DNA of 64,000 nt from Octopus vulgaris (lineage: Eukaryota). Where the stretch lies: assembly GCA_951406725.2 (NCBI GenBank), contig OX597837.1, forward strand, positions 40,610,001 through 40,674,000, given 5' to 3'. Of this stretch, positions 43,317 through 55,805 are shown piece by piece; the first letter of the stretch is position 1; each line of letters starts with the position of its first letter. The position numbers and the translations under genes are program-made. Below the pieces are notes generated by a model. It ran no database searches and was not told the origin of the DNA. It worked only from the letters and a program-made list of their open reading frames with translations.

Positions 43317-43395
43317 CATTTACACCTGTTTCTGTTTATCAAATCGTAGTAAATTTACATTTACTTCGTTACATTTAATAAACATCTTAAGAATG
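43317..43395 (-). ncRNA. Hammerhead ribozyme remnant with G5->U core mutation
   Basis: The minus strand reads CAUU-CUUAAGA-[UGUUUAUUAAAU...AUUUGAUAAACA, 12 bp plus an inner hairpin]-GAAAC-AGGU-GUA-AAUG. Stems I and II pair fully; the core reads CUUAAGA instead of CUGAAGA. Confidence 0.6.
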
Positions 43396-44067
43396 ATAAG
43401 AGGGAAAAGAAAGGCAAAGAAAGAAAGTAGGATCAATTAAATAAGTACCAGCTACCCACTGTGGCAGATACAATCGAGTAACCCACCTCCCCCTAAGTTA
43501 CTGGCCTTGTGCCAAGATTTGAAATCAAAATTTATCATGTTCTGGTTTTCGTTTCCGATAAGTATTTCGACATTCAATAAGAAGTTATCGCGGATATAAA
43601 TAAATATTTAATCACGTCTTTAATTAATAACTAATTACAATTTTGTACTTTTGATCTGCATTAAGCCTTGTATTCCAGGCCATTCCTTTGATCTTCTCTC
43701 TCAACGGATCATTTCAAACAAGACTTAAAAGTCGTCTTCTGTCATCTCGGATGCCGTGATTTCTTTGCCTGATTGGCACCTAAATAACACTATTAAGACA
43801 GATTTAGATGTTAAGAAGGATAGATTCACACATCGTGTTTTGCATACCGCACTTGAATTAGGGGTAAATATTGAAGAGAAACAAATAAGATAATCAAAGC
43901 TCACGGGCATGGGTGTGTGGTTAGAGGCTAGCCTGCCGACCACATAGTTCCGCTTTCAGTCCCACTGCGTGCCACCTTGGGCCGAGTGTATTCTACAATA
44001 GCCTCAAGTCAGGCCGACCAAAGCTTTGTGAGTGGATTTCGTAGACAGAAACTGAAAGAAACCCGTC

Positions 44068-44119
<52 letters not shown>

Positions 44120-44130
<11 letters not shown>

Positions 44131-44627
44131 TGTAGTTGTGTGAGTGTCTGTTCCCTTCGATTTAGATTCCTAACTACTCCCACGTTTTGCGGTGCAGTTT
44201 AACCAAATTCGGGTATCTTATAGTCGTGATTCATATCGAGCCCGTCTGAGTATTAGCGCGCGTCTACGATGAGTCTACGATTTTAAAAATAATTTAACAT
44301 CATTTTTTATTCCATTTTAATGCATAATTTTTCGTGTGTCGATGGCGGCGGAGTTGGCGTCCACGCTCAAACACCTGCACCTGTTTTCTTCTCCCCCTTC
44401 TTCCCTCCCTTGTGAAGCTGTGGGGAAGGGAGTGTAAGGAAATCAACGTCGTAAAGCGTTGTCAAGGAGACCAGCGTTCTTTTAGAACAACGACTTCATG
44501 GCTTGAAGACACCAAAACAGAAATGGCTAAGAAAGACCGAATTGGCATCTATAAGGGAAGTAACTCTCTAAAAATGCTTTATAGTTATTTCCCTTACAAA
44601 CCCGAGCAACGCCGGGCGATACTGCTA

Positions 44628-44628
<1 letters not shown>
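44120..44628 (+). mobile_element. Non-autonomous Helitron, second copy, nested in the (TA)n of a SINE
   Basis: Shares ~200 bp at the 5' end and ~80 bp at the 3' end with 12289-12684, including cccgagcaacgccgggcgatactgCTAG|t. The 5' boundary is blurred by (TA)n. Confidence 0.8.
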
Positions 44629-44667
<39 letters not shown>

Positions 44668-45196
44668 CTGTGTGTGTGTGTGTGTCTTTGTGTTTGCTTT
44701 CTTCGTCACCATCTTTCGACAATCTGTGTTTGTGTATTTACGTCACGGTAACCTAGCGGTTCGGCACAAAAAAACGATGAAATAAAATACCAGCTTTAAG
44801 AGAACTGCTTAGCGAAATTCCTTCTGGCTTTACGCTCTGAGTTTAAACTCCACCAAAGTCATCTTTGCATTTCTTCCTTTTAGGTTCAGCAAAGCATGTA
44901 CCCTGATGAGAACCGGGTACGATGCAACCAGCTTTCCCCACCCGCCCACCCACCCGCCACTAAATTTTTGGACTTATTGTCTTTTGTTTCTCTTTTTTAT
45001 TTGTTTATATGTGTCTACATGCAGTATTATTTACGTGTTTTTTTTTATATCTATATTTTCAGAAATGGCGGACCAGATGAAGATAGAGAATAGAAGTGAG
45101 GCTTAAAGATTACAATTTATGAAGAATATTGGCAACACAAGCGTTAATAACAAGAATTTATAAAAGACAGACGAACAGACGATATATATATATATA

Positions 45197-45350
45197 GGGA
45201 GAGTTTACGAAAAAAACAAAAGACGAAGACAGGTGGTGTACAAAACAAACAGATGTATTAGTATAACGCTCAAGAATAGAAAAAGTCTTTTACGTTTCGA
45301 GCCTACGCTCTTCTACAGAAAGGGACACAGAAAAAAAACAAGGAGAGAAA
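45197..45350 (-). mobile_element. Short (TA)n-anchored repeat with variant hammerhead (putative Penelope-like pLTR)
   Basis: Contains CUUU-CUGUAGA-A-GAGC-GUAG-GCUC-GAAAC-GUA-AAAG (45322-45287). Homologous to copies near 7555, 30595, 36545 and 42985, and ends in (TA)n. Confidence 0.65.
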
Positions 45351-45656
45351 CAATATACATGTATATGTGTATGTCAACATAAATACATACCTATGTATGT
45401 ATTTATATTGACTCTTTCACTTAGGTCTTCCTTATTTCCGTCTGCATTTCACGGATGCATAAAATACGCTTAATTGTTCGGATGCGATAATATATGCTAT
45501 ACGCATATATATATATTCATATATGGATTATAGAGAGAGACCAGTAATAAACCAGAGAGACCTGATTGTTTTATCATCAGCAAGAGTTGAATGCATTAGA
45601 TTTCTAGATTTCAGTTGAGGTGAAAGAAGGTTTCACAGGTTCGAACCTCGACAAAG

Positions 45657-46439
45657 ATGGATCAAGAACTAAGTCCAGAAAAAAAGCCATTATCAGAAAG
45701 CGATTATGACGTCATATCTTTTTCTAGTATACCATTGGACGATAAGTGTGAGAAACTACTTCCGGATGACTACGAGTGTAACTTAGTGATTGCGGACTGT
45801 GGAGAGGAATGCATCGGAGAGGAATGTGAACTGAGAGGTGGATGCAGCGGGGGCGGAGGAAGTGTTAGAATCGGTGATGGAGGTGCTGGTGGAAGCGGAA
45901 GTGGAGGAGGAGGTGGTGGAGGTGGTGGTGGTGGTGGGAGTGGTGGCTGCAGTGGTTGCAGCGGTGGTGGCGGATGTGGCGGGTGTGAAGACAGTGACGA
46001 CAACGTTGGTGGTATTTCCGGCATTGGTGTCGACATGGCAGGGGTAGGCCAAAACAACAACGACTGTGATAATAAAAAATCGAAGAAGAAGCAGAAGAAG
46101 TCCACAAAGAACAAAAACTACAAAGTCACCGTCGTCCAGCCGACGAAGGACGTGAGCACCAAGAAAGGTCGCAAAAACTCCAGGGAACCGGAAATACGTG
46201 ACACTAACCTGGTGCTCTCCCTTTTTGTGCTCTTCTGCTTCAATCTGCCGTTTGGTCTGCTGGCTACTATGTTCTCCTTAATGGCAGGATCGGCGTTCAA
46301 GGAGGGGAAGAAAAAGAAAGCCAAATGTCACTCACGAACATCGATGGTCATCAGTCTGCTCGGCATTGCTACCACAGCCGCTTTGGTCATGTGTGTAATC
46401 TTCTTTTTAGCTATCAACGAGCAAAGCCAGGGATACTGA
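45657..46439 (+). CDS. CD225/dispanin-family (IFITM/PRRT/SynDIG-like) membrane protein, 260 aa, uninterrupted ORF
   Basis: The only long ORF not built on simple repeats or a transposon. The ATG is in good context (aaagATGg) with an in-frame stop upstream at 45621-45623. The C-terminus RDTNLVLSLFVLFCFNLPFGLLATMFSLMAGSAFKEGKKKKAKCHSRTSMVISLLGIATTAALVMCVIFFL matches the CD225 layout: hydrophobic segment with FC..P.G..A...S, then a G....A...S..S loop, then a second hydrophobic helix. The N-terminus is acidic, then Gly/Cys-rich, then Lys-rich. Confidence 0.85.
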   Translation: MDQELSPEKKPLSESDYDVISFSSIPLDDKCEKLLPDDYECNLVIADCGEECIGEECELRGGCSGGGGSVRIGDGGAGGSGSGGGGGGGGGGGGSGGCSGCSGGGGCGGCEDSDDNVGGISGIGVDMAGVGQNNNDCDNKKSKKKQKKSTKNKNYKVTVVQPTKDVSTKKGRKNSREPEIRDTNLVLSLFVLFCFNLPFGLLATMFSLMAGSAFKEGKKKKAKCHSRTSMVISLLGIATTAALVMCVIFFLAINEQSQGY

Positions 46440-48345
46440 TAGGTTGATGTTAAGAAAAAAAAAGGTGGGGGAAAAATGGGACGATGTCTTCGAATGAGAA
46501 ATAAACCTTTGGTCATGTGTGTTTATAATATTTTTAGCTATAAATGAGAAAAAAGCCATAGATAATGGTGATTTGATGTTGAAAAAAGAAAATAACCGGA
46601 CGGCGTTTTGAAATGAGCAAAATTTGAAGAATATCTGTGTTGATATCCAAATATCAACATGGGCAACGTTTTGGAATATGAAATACGTCCCTGCTCATGT
46701 GTTTTTATATTGTTTTAGCCATAAATGAGAAAAACCATAGATAATGGTGATTTGATGTTGAAAAAAGAAAAAAACGGGATGGAGTTTTGGAATGAGCAAA
46801 ATTAGAAGAATTTCTGATGTGTTGATAACGAGAAAAGGGGGTAAAATGGGACAACGTTTTGGAATATGAAATATGACTTTGCTCATGTGTTTTTATATTG
46901 TTATTAGCTATAAATGAGAAATGCTGTGAATAATGTTGATTTGGTGTTGAGAAAGGGGGAAAAGGGGACAGCGTTTTGAAGCGAGCAAAATTAGAGCTCC
47001 CGATGTGTTGATATTGAGAAAAGGGGTAAAATAGGACAACGTTTTGGAATGAGAAATTAATCTTTGCTCGTGTGTGTTTATATTCATTTTAGCTATCAGT
47101 GGGGAAAAGGCGGAGATTCTTATGTGTCAATGATTTAAAGGGGAAAAATGGGACATTTTGGACAGAGAAATAAACTTTGTTATGTATTTATATTGTTTTT
47201 AGTTATAACTGAGAAAACGCATTGATAATGGTGACTTGTTGAAAATAGAAAAACGGGACAGTGTTTTGGAATGGGCAAAACTGGAAGAGATTTTGATGCA
47301 TTGATATCGAGAAAAGAGGGCAAAATGGGACAACGTTTTAGAAAGAGCAATAAAACTTTGTTCATGTGTATTTATATTCTTTTTAGCTATAAATAGGCAA
47401 AGACGGAGATGCTAATGTGTTGATGATGAAAAGAGGGGAAATGGGACAACGTTTTCGAATGATCAAAAGAGACCTGATGTGCTGGGGATCAGAAAAGGGG
47501 TTACAATGGAATAACGTTTTCGAAGGCGAAAAATAACGTGGGTCATGTGGGTTATGTTCCTTTTAAATATAAATGGGCAAAGATGGTGACTCTTATGTGT
47601 TGTTGATAAAAAGGGAAAAAAAATAATGGGTCGAAGTTTTGGGGCTGGAAAAGCCTGGAATTTTGATTTGTTGAGGTAAAGAAAAGGGGAAAATGGGGCA
47701 ACATTTTGGAATAAGAAATATAACTTTGATCGTATTTGTTAACCTTCTTTTGAACTATAAATAGGAATATCAGGGATAATGATGAGTTTTTGGAATGAGA
47801 AAGAAAGGGAAAAAAGGAACTGAGAAACGGGGGAGAAATGGGGCAAAGTTTTGGAGGTAAAGAAGAAACTTTTGTCTCGCGTGTCGCCTTCTTTTTAACT
47901 ATCAGTGGGCAAAAGATTTGACACTTATCTGTTGATGTTGAGAAAAGGGGAGAAAATGGGAAAACATTTTGGAGTAAAAAATAAACTGGACACGCATGTT
48001 ATCTTCTTTTTATCTATCAATGGGCAAAGCCAGGAGCCCTAATATGCTGATAAGGGAAAACTAGGGGGATGGAACAACGGTCTGGAATTAGAAATATATC
48101 TCTGGTTATGTGTGTTTATATTTTTCTTGGCTATAAATAAGAAAATATAGTGATGTTGATGAAGGAGGAAAAGGAACAAGGTTTTTGGGGTAAAAAGAAT
48201 AAAATTTGATTTGTTTCTTTATGGCTTTTTTTTAAAGCTGTAAATGAGCAACATCCAGAAATTTGGAGGGTTTGATGTTGAGGAAGTGGTGGGACGGGGA
48301 ATGGATGGAAAGAGACAACGTATTGGAATACAGAAATAAAACTTT
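46381..48345 (+). repeat. Degenerate tandem array of ~13 units (~115-190 bp) starting inside the CD225 CDS
   Basis: Recurring ctttg.tcatgtgt.ttt....ttttagctataaatgag...gttgat...aaaatgggacaacgttttggaatgag. Units start near 46381, 46507, 46690, 46878, 47062, 47175, 47356, 47537, 47724, 47868, 47986, 48100 and 48205. Confidence 0.85.
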
Positions 48346-48427
48346 GAATAACATACATGTGGAGGGTCCTTTTTTTTTTCTTTGGTCATGACACTGTTAA
48401 GGAAAGTGTTCCTGGAAAAAAGTTTCT

Positions 48428-48507
<80 letters not shown>

Positions 48508-48849
48508 TACTACTACTAATAATAATAATAATAATAATAATAACAATGGTGATAATAGTAATGATAGTGATAATAAAAAATGGTGATAGTAACAATAATG
48601 ATAATAATAATAATAATAATAATAACAACAACAATAATAATAATAATAATAATATTGATAATATTGCTAATAATGATGATGATGAGGATTATGATAAAAT
48701 GACCTGGAAATGCAGGTAGGTGGGACTGAGTGTGGGTGGGGTTAGAAGGTTAGAAACAGAAGCGATTCTCACATGAAAATGGGAGTCTTGGGAAAATGTA
48801 TAGAATGAGACATATATATATATATGTATCTGTTAAAGAATGCTACAGC

Positions 48850-48912
<63 letters not shown>

Positions 48913-49005
48913 GCTAGATAAATAGACCAAAATAGCAGGATTTGTGCACGTAAAAACATATGCAGTAAAAATATTACACCACTAGATACTTACTAGATAT
49001 ATAGA

Positions 49006-49113
<108 letters not shown>

Positions 49114-49475
49114 TGGTATAAATATATATATGCACGTATAAATATATAGATATATGTATGTATAAATAGATATATATACGAATGTATATGTCTATGTATG
49201 TTATTTACTAGCACATTCGGTACAATAGTGAAAATATAAAGGCAAAAAATCTAAAAACAAAATAACAGTTAAGTATCCCAGGTACACAGAAGTGCTTTCG
49301 ATTGTGCAGTGAAAAGAAACGCCATAAAGCCACGATTACTAAAATTACAATAATATCGGATAAACGACAAAATTGATATTCATGAAAGAAAGAAAAAAAT
49401 GGCCGCCAAACACGACATAGCGTATGTTGCTACTGCATTGCTAGAGATGATAATTCGAATATATGCATAGTTAGA

Positions 49476-49542
<67 letters not shown>

Positions 49543-49584
49543 CTTAGATAAACTTAGATATGTTTCGACCAAAGATCGGTCCAG

Positions 49585-49640
<56 letters not shown>

Positions 49641-49899
49641 TGTATATATATATATATATATATCTATATATATATTGTTATGGCTGACGTGATAAACTAT
49701 GGCGCTCGATGTTAATGACAGGGGACGTATGTCTAATTATTGATCTTTTTTATTCTTGCTGTAATCTGCGTAGCTTACATTTCTTTATATATATATATAT
49801 ACACACAACAATATTTGTGCATTTATACATACATAGTTATCATCGTAGAGATATGTGTAATTGTGCACGTGTGTAGTTATACATACATACATACATACA

Positions 49900-49935
<36 letters not shown>

Positions 49936-50329
49936 TATATATAGTGTGTAATGCATATATATGAATAATATCATACGCATATACAACAGATGTATAAGAA
50001 AAAAATTAATTAAGGATTAAGCATATATATATATGTATGTATAATTATATATATACGTGTGTGTGTGCGTGTGCACGCTTGGAAGCACATGAGAGGAGAA
50101 AAAATATATAAGAGTCTGTATGTGTATATATACGTTTTATATAATGTTGTTCACTTATATTTGAAAATGTAGAGTAGTGATGAATAGAACATTGTTGGTA
50201 CATACATATATACCTCATATATTACATGTATATATATTCGTGTATTTCTGTACATATTCAAATACGCACAAAATTGCACCCATCACATATCATATGTACA
50301 TGTGTATATCTATATATATATATATATAG

Positions 50330-50365
<36 letters not shown>

Positions 50366-50380
50366 ATATGTATGTATGTA

Positions 50381-50431
<51 letters not shown>

Positions 50432-50447
50432 CATATATATACATATG

Positions 50448-50495
<48 letters not shown>

Positions 50496-50589
50496 CATAC
50501 ATACATATGTATGTAAATATATATTTACATGTGTGTGCACATAGAAATGTAAAAATTTGATTGGACGATAGACTGGAGCATCTGTGTAC

Positions 50590-50850
50590 AGCTGTCATAT
50601 TTCGGCGCTCCCAAAGCCACTGGAAACGCTAAACATTGCATCGGAGGATGGTATCAATGCCGAGATTACACTACTCCTGAAAAAGAAGAAAAAAAAAACG
50701 GAAAGCGTAAGTGGTCACATTTGGAATGCCGTTGGATATGGCTCCATGAGAGCCGAGTTTGGACTCAACAGTAACAACGATGACGTGAACAAGAATAATC
50801 AAAGAAGCTTATATTATAAGAGGATGCTGTGTCACGGCCCAATGAGATAA
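50590..50850 (+). mobile_element. Possible very old LINE (RTE-like) remnant
   Basis: [16 protein letters not shown]...SGHIW weakly resembles the L.I.W.D.I.N.E...W.GH motif. Confidence 0.25.
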
Positions 50851-51069
50851 GTCCCAGGTTTGGTTATTCCTAGATGAAAACGGTATTATAAGAAGACATA
50901 GCAACGAATTATGTATTGAGCGTAACTAATTCTATACACCATTAATTCTACATATATGGAATTGTATATACTAACACATAAGTGCAATAAATACATCGTG
51001 ATACATATTTTTGTGTGTATGGTTATACATGTGTAAATATAAATACATATACATATATGTGTGTGTGTA

Positions 51070-51107
<38 letters not shown>

Positions 51108-51200
51108 CATATATATGCATATTTAGGTATGTATATATATTATATATATGATCTAGCATATTGGTTATCCACCTAGTGGTTATCCCTAAATATACACATA

Positions 51201-51237
<37 letters not shown>

Positions 51238-51295
51238 TACTTAAGTACATGTAAATTTGTAGACTGAACAGTCTAACAGATAAATGTACACACAC

Positions 51296-51328
<33 letters not shown>

Positions 51329-53143
51329 CACTTATATATGTGTTTGTGTGATACATGTGCATAGGGATTTGGCCAGTAAATAAAGGGAAAAGGTTTAAAG
51401 GAGAAAAGCCCAAACAATTAGGTATTTGCAAACAAAGCCTTTAATAATATTAACTCTGCACCGATTTGCGGATCCTCCCTTGTCATGCATACCATTAGAG
51501 ATGTAGTGAAGTCATGTTTGGCCGCTGATAGACGCATGAAAATGCTTTTTAATATAAATAATCGCGTTCATTCCTACACGAGCCGACATATAGGAAATAG
51601 TTTATACATCATGAAGCACTTCATATATTATATAGATCCAGTTTCAACGAGCATAGTAGTAATCGAATATATATCGATGCACGGGTACATAATTTTTTCC
51701 CCAATCAATAAGCAGTGAGGGTTTTTTTAACGTAATCCGCTGTAACTTTTCCACATCCCGATATCTTTATATAAGCATAAAAACTTTTCATCTTTTCTAG
51801 AGAGTTCGGTATGTTTAGTGACTGTTGCAAATGATCTCTGTGATATAGAAATTCTCGCTACTTAGATTTGAATATACGAGGGGGCTAATATAGTTGGCTT
51901 CCTGTTGTTAATATTCGACGCAATGTAATTTGAAAGTCGAAATTTAGTTCTTGCAAGGAACAAACAAAAAGCACTCCACCTGCACATTGAGTGTAGTTTC
52001 GTATGGTTTAATCCACCATGCAATGTTAACAGTAGGAAGTCTTGTGAAAATATTTTTTTCTCCTATCAGCAAGAAATTTCTGAGGAGCAGACAATTCACC
52101 AAGCTGTTTTATCGGAACTATTGCTTGGCTTGTGTTTCATGTAGAACACGTCCACCATCATAAGAAACCAAACTATGAGTGTCCAACTTTTGCATCAGGA
52201 AAAAAAGCATCGATGTGTAAATGCAACAGTTATAGAGGTCCGCCTCATGAAAAAGAAATGCATTACAAGTAACAGGATATCCTGCCCACAGTTCCTCTAG
52301 CGAGACTTCCAAATGTTTCATTCGTCTAATAAAGAACAAGGCTACCGGACATATGTAGTTATATCTGCGCAAATACAGCAGATTCTTCCACAACCGATGC
52401 CTTGAAGACACTTCATCGCTGTCTAAACACCCTTAGAAATCAAAATGGGCAGGAAGAAATAGGATTGTCACAACAATTATACATGGAGTACGAGCGTAAA
52501 GATTGAGATGAGAATATAACTGTTCCACGGAGAAATTCTGTACCTCGCTTAATTATTGAACTGAAAATCCGAGCTTTTCTTAACATGCCGGTACAGGGCA
52601 AAGTTTTAACAGATTAATTTTAAAACAGAAGGACTTAACATTAATCGTTCGAATTATCAAGCACATGGGGAATGAAAAGTGTCAAAGATTTTTAGATATT
52701 CTGACTGGCGTTGTGTTATTATATACATATTGACGAGTATACCTGACAGTAAGTAGAAATTGCTAGAAATTATTGGTTTACGATCATATCACTGCATGTA
52801 TAACATTTCTCAATAATTTTATAGAAGAAACTGCGGTAAAATTGTATACCTTAATTTGTCAAACTGAATGCATTACTTGCAATATTACTTACTCTATCTC
52901 TAGTATTGAGTATTTTGTAGCCATTATTCCTTCCTGCTTTTGATAAATAGGTATATATATATATATTTTTTTTTTTTGGTACCATTGTCAAGATTCATAT
53001 AATGGATCGTCATCTTTTCCTCCTCCTCCTCCTCATCATCATCATCATCATCATTGCCATCGTTATCATTATCAACATCGACGTCATAATCATCACCATC
53101 ATCATTGTTATCATCATCAACATCATCAACATCATCACCACCA

Positions 53144-53174
<31 letters not shown>

Positions 53175-53258
53175 CTTCACCGTCCTCCTAGCCATTGAAA
53201 TCGCCATCATCATCATCATCACTATCCTCATCACCATCATCATCCTTGTCATGACCAT

Positions 53259-53289
<31 letters not shown>

Positions 53290-53868
53290 AGCACCAGCAT
53301 CGTCGCTACCTTCATTACACTCACCATCGCCATCATCATCATCATCATTATTACCTTTCCCTCCTGTCCCCCTCCTCCCACTTTGCAACACCGTCATCAT
53401 TTCCGACATGGGTATATCTTACTACTTTTCCATTTCAATAGAATTCTTCCAACTTGGTTCTTTTTTTTTCCAATCTGCATTCATCCAATAAATTATTTAA
53501 GCGTTGGCACCACCATTTCAAATACAACCAAACATTTATTCTTTGCATCCGACTGTCACATATATTAAACATAGTCTAAATTGGTTGTTGTTTTTACTGT
53601 TGTTTTCCTTGCTCTTCTTACCAATTCCAATATTTCGAAACATGTCCTTCTTTGAGAAAAGAGAAAAGGCATTTGTCTTTTATTTATTTCCCTCCTTTAA
53701 GATCATTGCGAACGCAGAAGCATATGAGGGTAGAAAATTCTTTTTTCAACGATACACGAATACAAACGCCTTTCGAATTTACCAAAAGAAGCAATTTTGG
53801 CCCACAGGAATCGCTATTCGTTAGTTCTTCTTAGATTTTAATCATTGTTATTAATTTAATTATATAAC

Positions 53869-54255
53869 AGGCGTAGGAGTGGCTGTGTGTTAAGTGGCTT
53901 GCTTACCAACCACATGGATCTGCGTGGCACATTGGGCAAGTGTCTTCTAATATAGCCTTGTGAGTGGATTTGGTAGACGGAAACTGAAAGAAGCCCGTCG
54001 TATATATGTGTATATATATATATATGTATGTGTGTATGTGTGTGTATGTGTTTGTGTGCCTGTATTTGTCTGCCCCCCCCCCCCAACATCGCTTGACAAC
54101 CGATGCTGGTGTGTTTACGTCCCCATAACTTAGCGGTTCGACAAAAGAGACCGATAGAATAGGTACTAGGCTTACAAAGAATAAGTCCTGGGGTCGATTT
54201 GCTGGACTAAAGGCAGTGCTCCAGCATGGCCGCAGTCAATGAATGAAACAAACAT
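53869..54255 (+). mobile_element. SINE family A copy
   Basis: Same head, internal microsatellite and tail as 8285-8697, with internal deletions. Confidence 0.8.
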
Positions 54256-54349
54256 AAGAATACAAGAATAGAATATATATATATATATTATTATTATTAT
54301 ATTATTATTATTATTATTATTATTATTACAATCCAATATTATTATTTTC

Positions 54350-54880
54350 CTAAGGGCCGGATGGAAGGCATTCAATGGCATAAGGGATGTGCTCAAGGGA
54401 AGGTCGGACAGGACCACCCGCGCCAACCTCATTAACAGTGCAGTTCTGCCTGCAATGTTATATGGTAGTGAAACATGGTCTACCACAAAGAGAGAAGAGC
54501 AAAGACTGGTAACGGCTCAAAGAGCCATGGAAAGGTCAATGCTTGGTATCTTGTTGAGAGAGCACATAAGTAGCAAGATCATCAGAAAGAAGTCCGGCGT
54601 GAGAGATGTCATCGCAGAGTATACACGCAGCAAGTATAGATGGGCTGGACACGTCGCCCGGCCCACCGATAATCGGTGCACGCACGCTGTTGTGGAGTGG
54701 TACCCGCGTGAGGGGAAAAGACCACCCAGAAGACCTCCACAACGGTGGAATTACAATTTCAGGAGGACGATTGGGATCACGTGGATGTGAAAGGCGCGAT
54801 CCAGAGAGGAGTGGACAGCGTGTTGTGACCAGCGGTGTCAAATGGACGCCTGACGGACTGGTCGGTCAAAGTGATCAAAA

Positions 54881-54884
<4 letters not shown>
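54350..54884 (+). mobile_element. RTE-clade LINE 3' fragment
   Basis: VLPAMLYGSETW...QRAMERSMLG...RWAGHVAR...W.PR.GKR...RP..RW is typical of the post-RT region of RTE elements. It ends in a short tandem tail (aaagtgat)x2. Confidence 0.9.
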
Positions 54885-54932
<48 letters not shown>

Positions 54933-55213
54933 TGTCCGACCAGGCTATCAAATGTTGCTACGCATTGCTGGTAACAATGTGCTTCGCATTGTTTTAGCCT
55001 TCAAATGTCGCCAGCCCGCTGGCTAAGCGAGTAGGCCAACGGAAGAAAGAGTGAGAGAAAGTTGTGGCGAAAGAGTACAAACAGGGATTGCCACCCCCCC
55101 CCCCCCGTCGGAGCCTCGTAGAGCTTTAGATATTTTCGCTCAATAAACACTCACAACGCAAGGTCTGAGAATCGAAACCGCGATCCTACGACCGCGAGTC
55201 GACTGCCCTAACC

Positions 55214-55244
<31 letters not shown>

Positions 55245-55736
55245 CAAATATATATATATATATATATATATGATTTAGAATATAAGCTACGTAACAGCTG
55301 TCGGATATTATGATTGGTTGCATGCAACAATATTTATCTTTCAAACACAATGCATCCTTAGAGATCGTTGAATGTGTTTTCCTTTTCTCTTTTTCATTCT
55401 GTCTTTTATTTTCTCTCGTTTAGTTTTTCTTCCTATTAAGAGTTGAAGTAATCGACGGGTTGAACTTGATTACCATTAGATGACGCAAGGGTTAAGTTTT
55501 AGATCGAATCCATTTGTGTAGACGGAAAAGGCTTGTAAATACAACATCTCAGCGTAATTAAATAGCGTAGAAAATTTCGTGATAAATAAAGTCTGTTCAG
55601 AACTGGCTGGTATTAGATAAATGAATATATTACCTTTTGTTTCATGGGTGGGTCATTATACCAATATTAATACACGCACTTCAACAATTTCACTTCCATT
55701 ATTATTACTTTTAATATCATTATTATTATATTTATA

Positions 55737-55805
<69 letters not shown>

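Noticed and set aside
45063-45095. Possible upstream coding exon (ttttcag|aaATGGCG...AGAA|gtgagg) for the CD225 gene
   Set aside because: Joining it to the candidate acceptors at 45607, 45614 or 45638 does not put its ATG in frame with 45657. It could only be a 5' UTR or uORF exon, and there is no transcript evidence.
45770-46114. Proline-rich antisense ORF
   Set aside because: It is the shadow of the poly-Gly codons of the plus-strand gene.
52118-52411. 97-aa ORF in non-microsatellite DNA
   Set aside because: No recognisable domain, splice context or codon pattern; probably old transposon debris.
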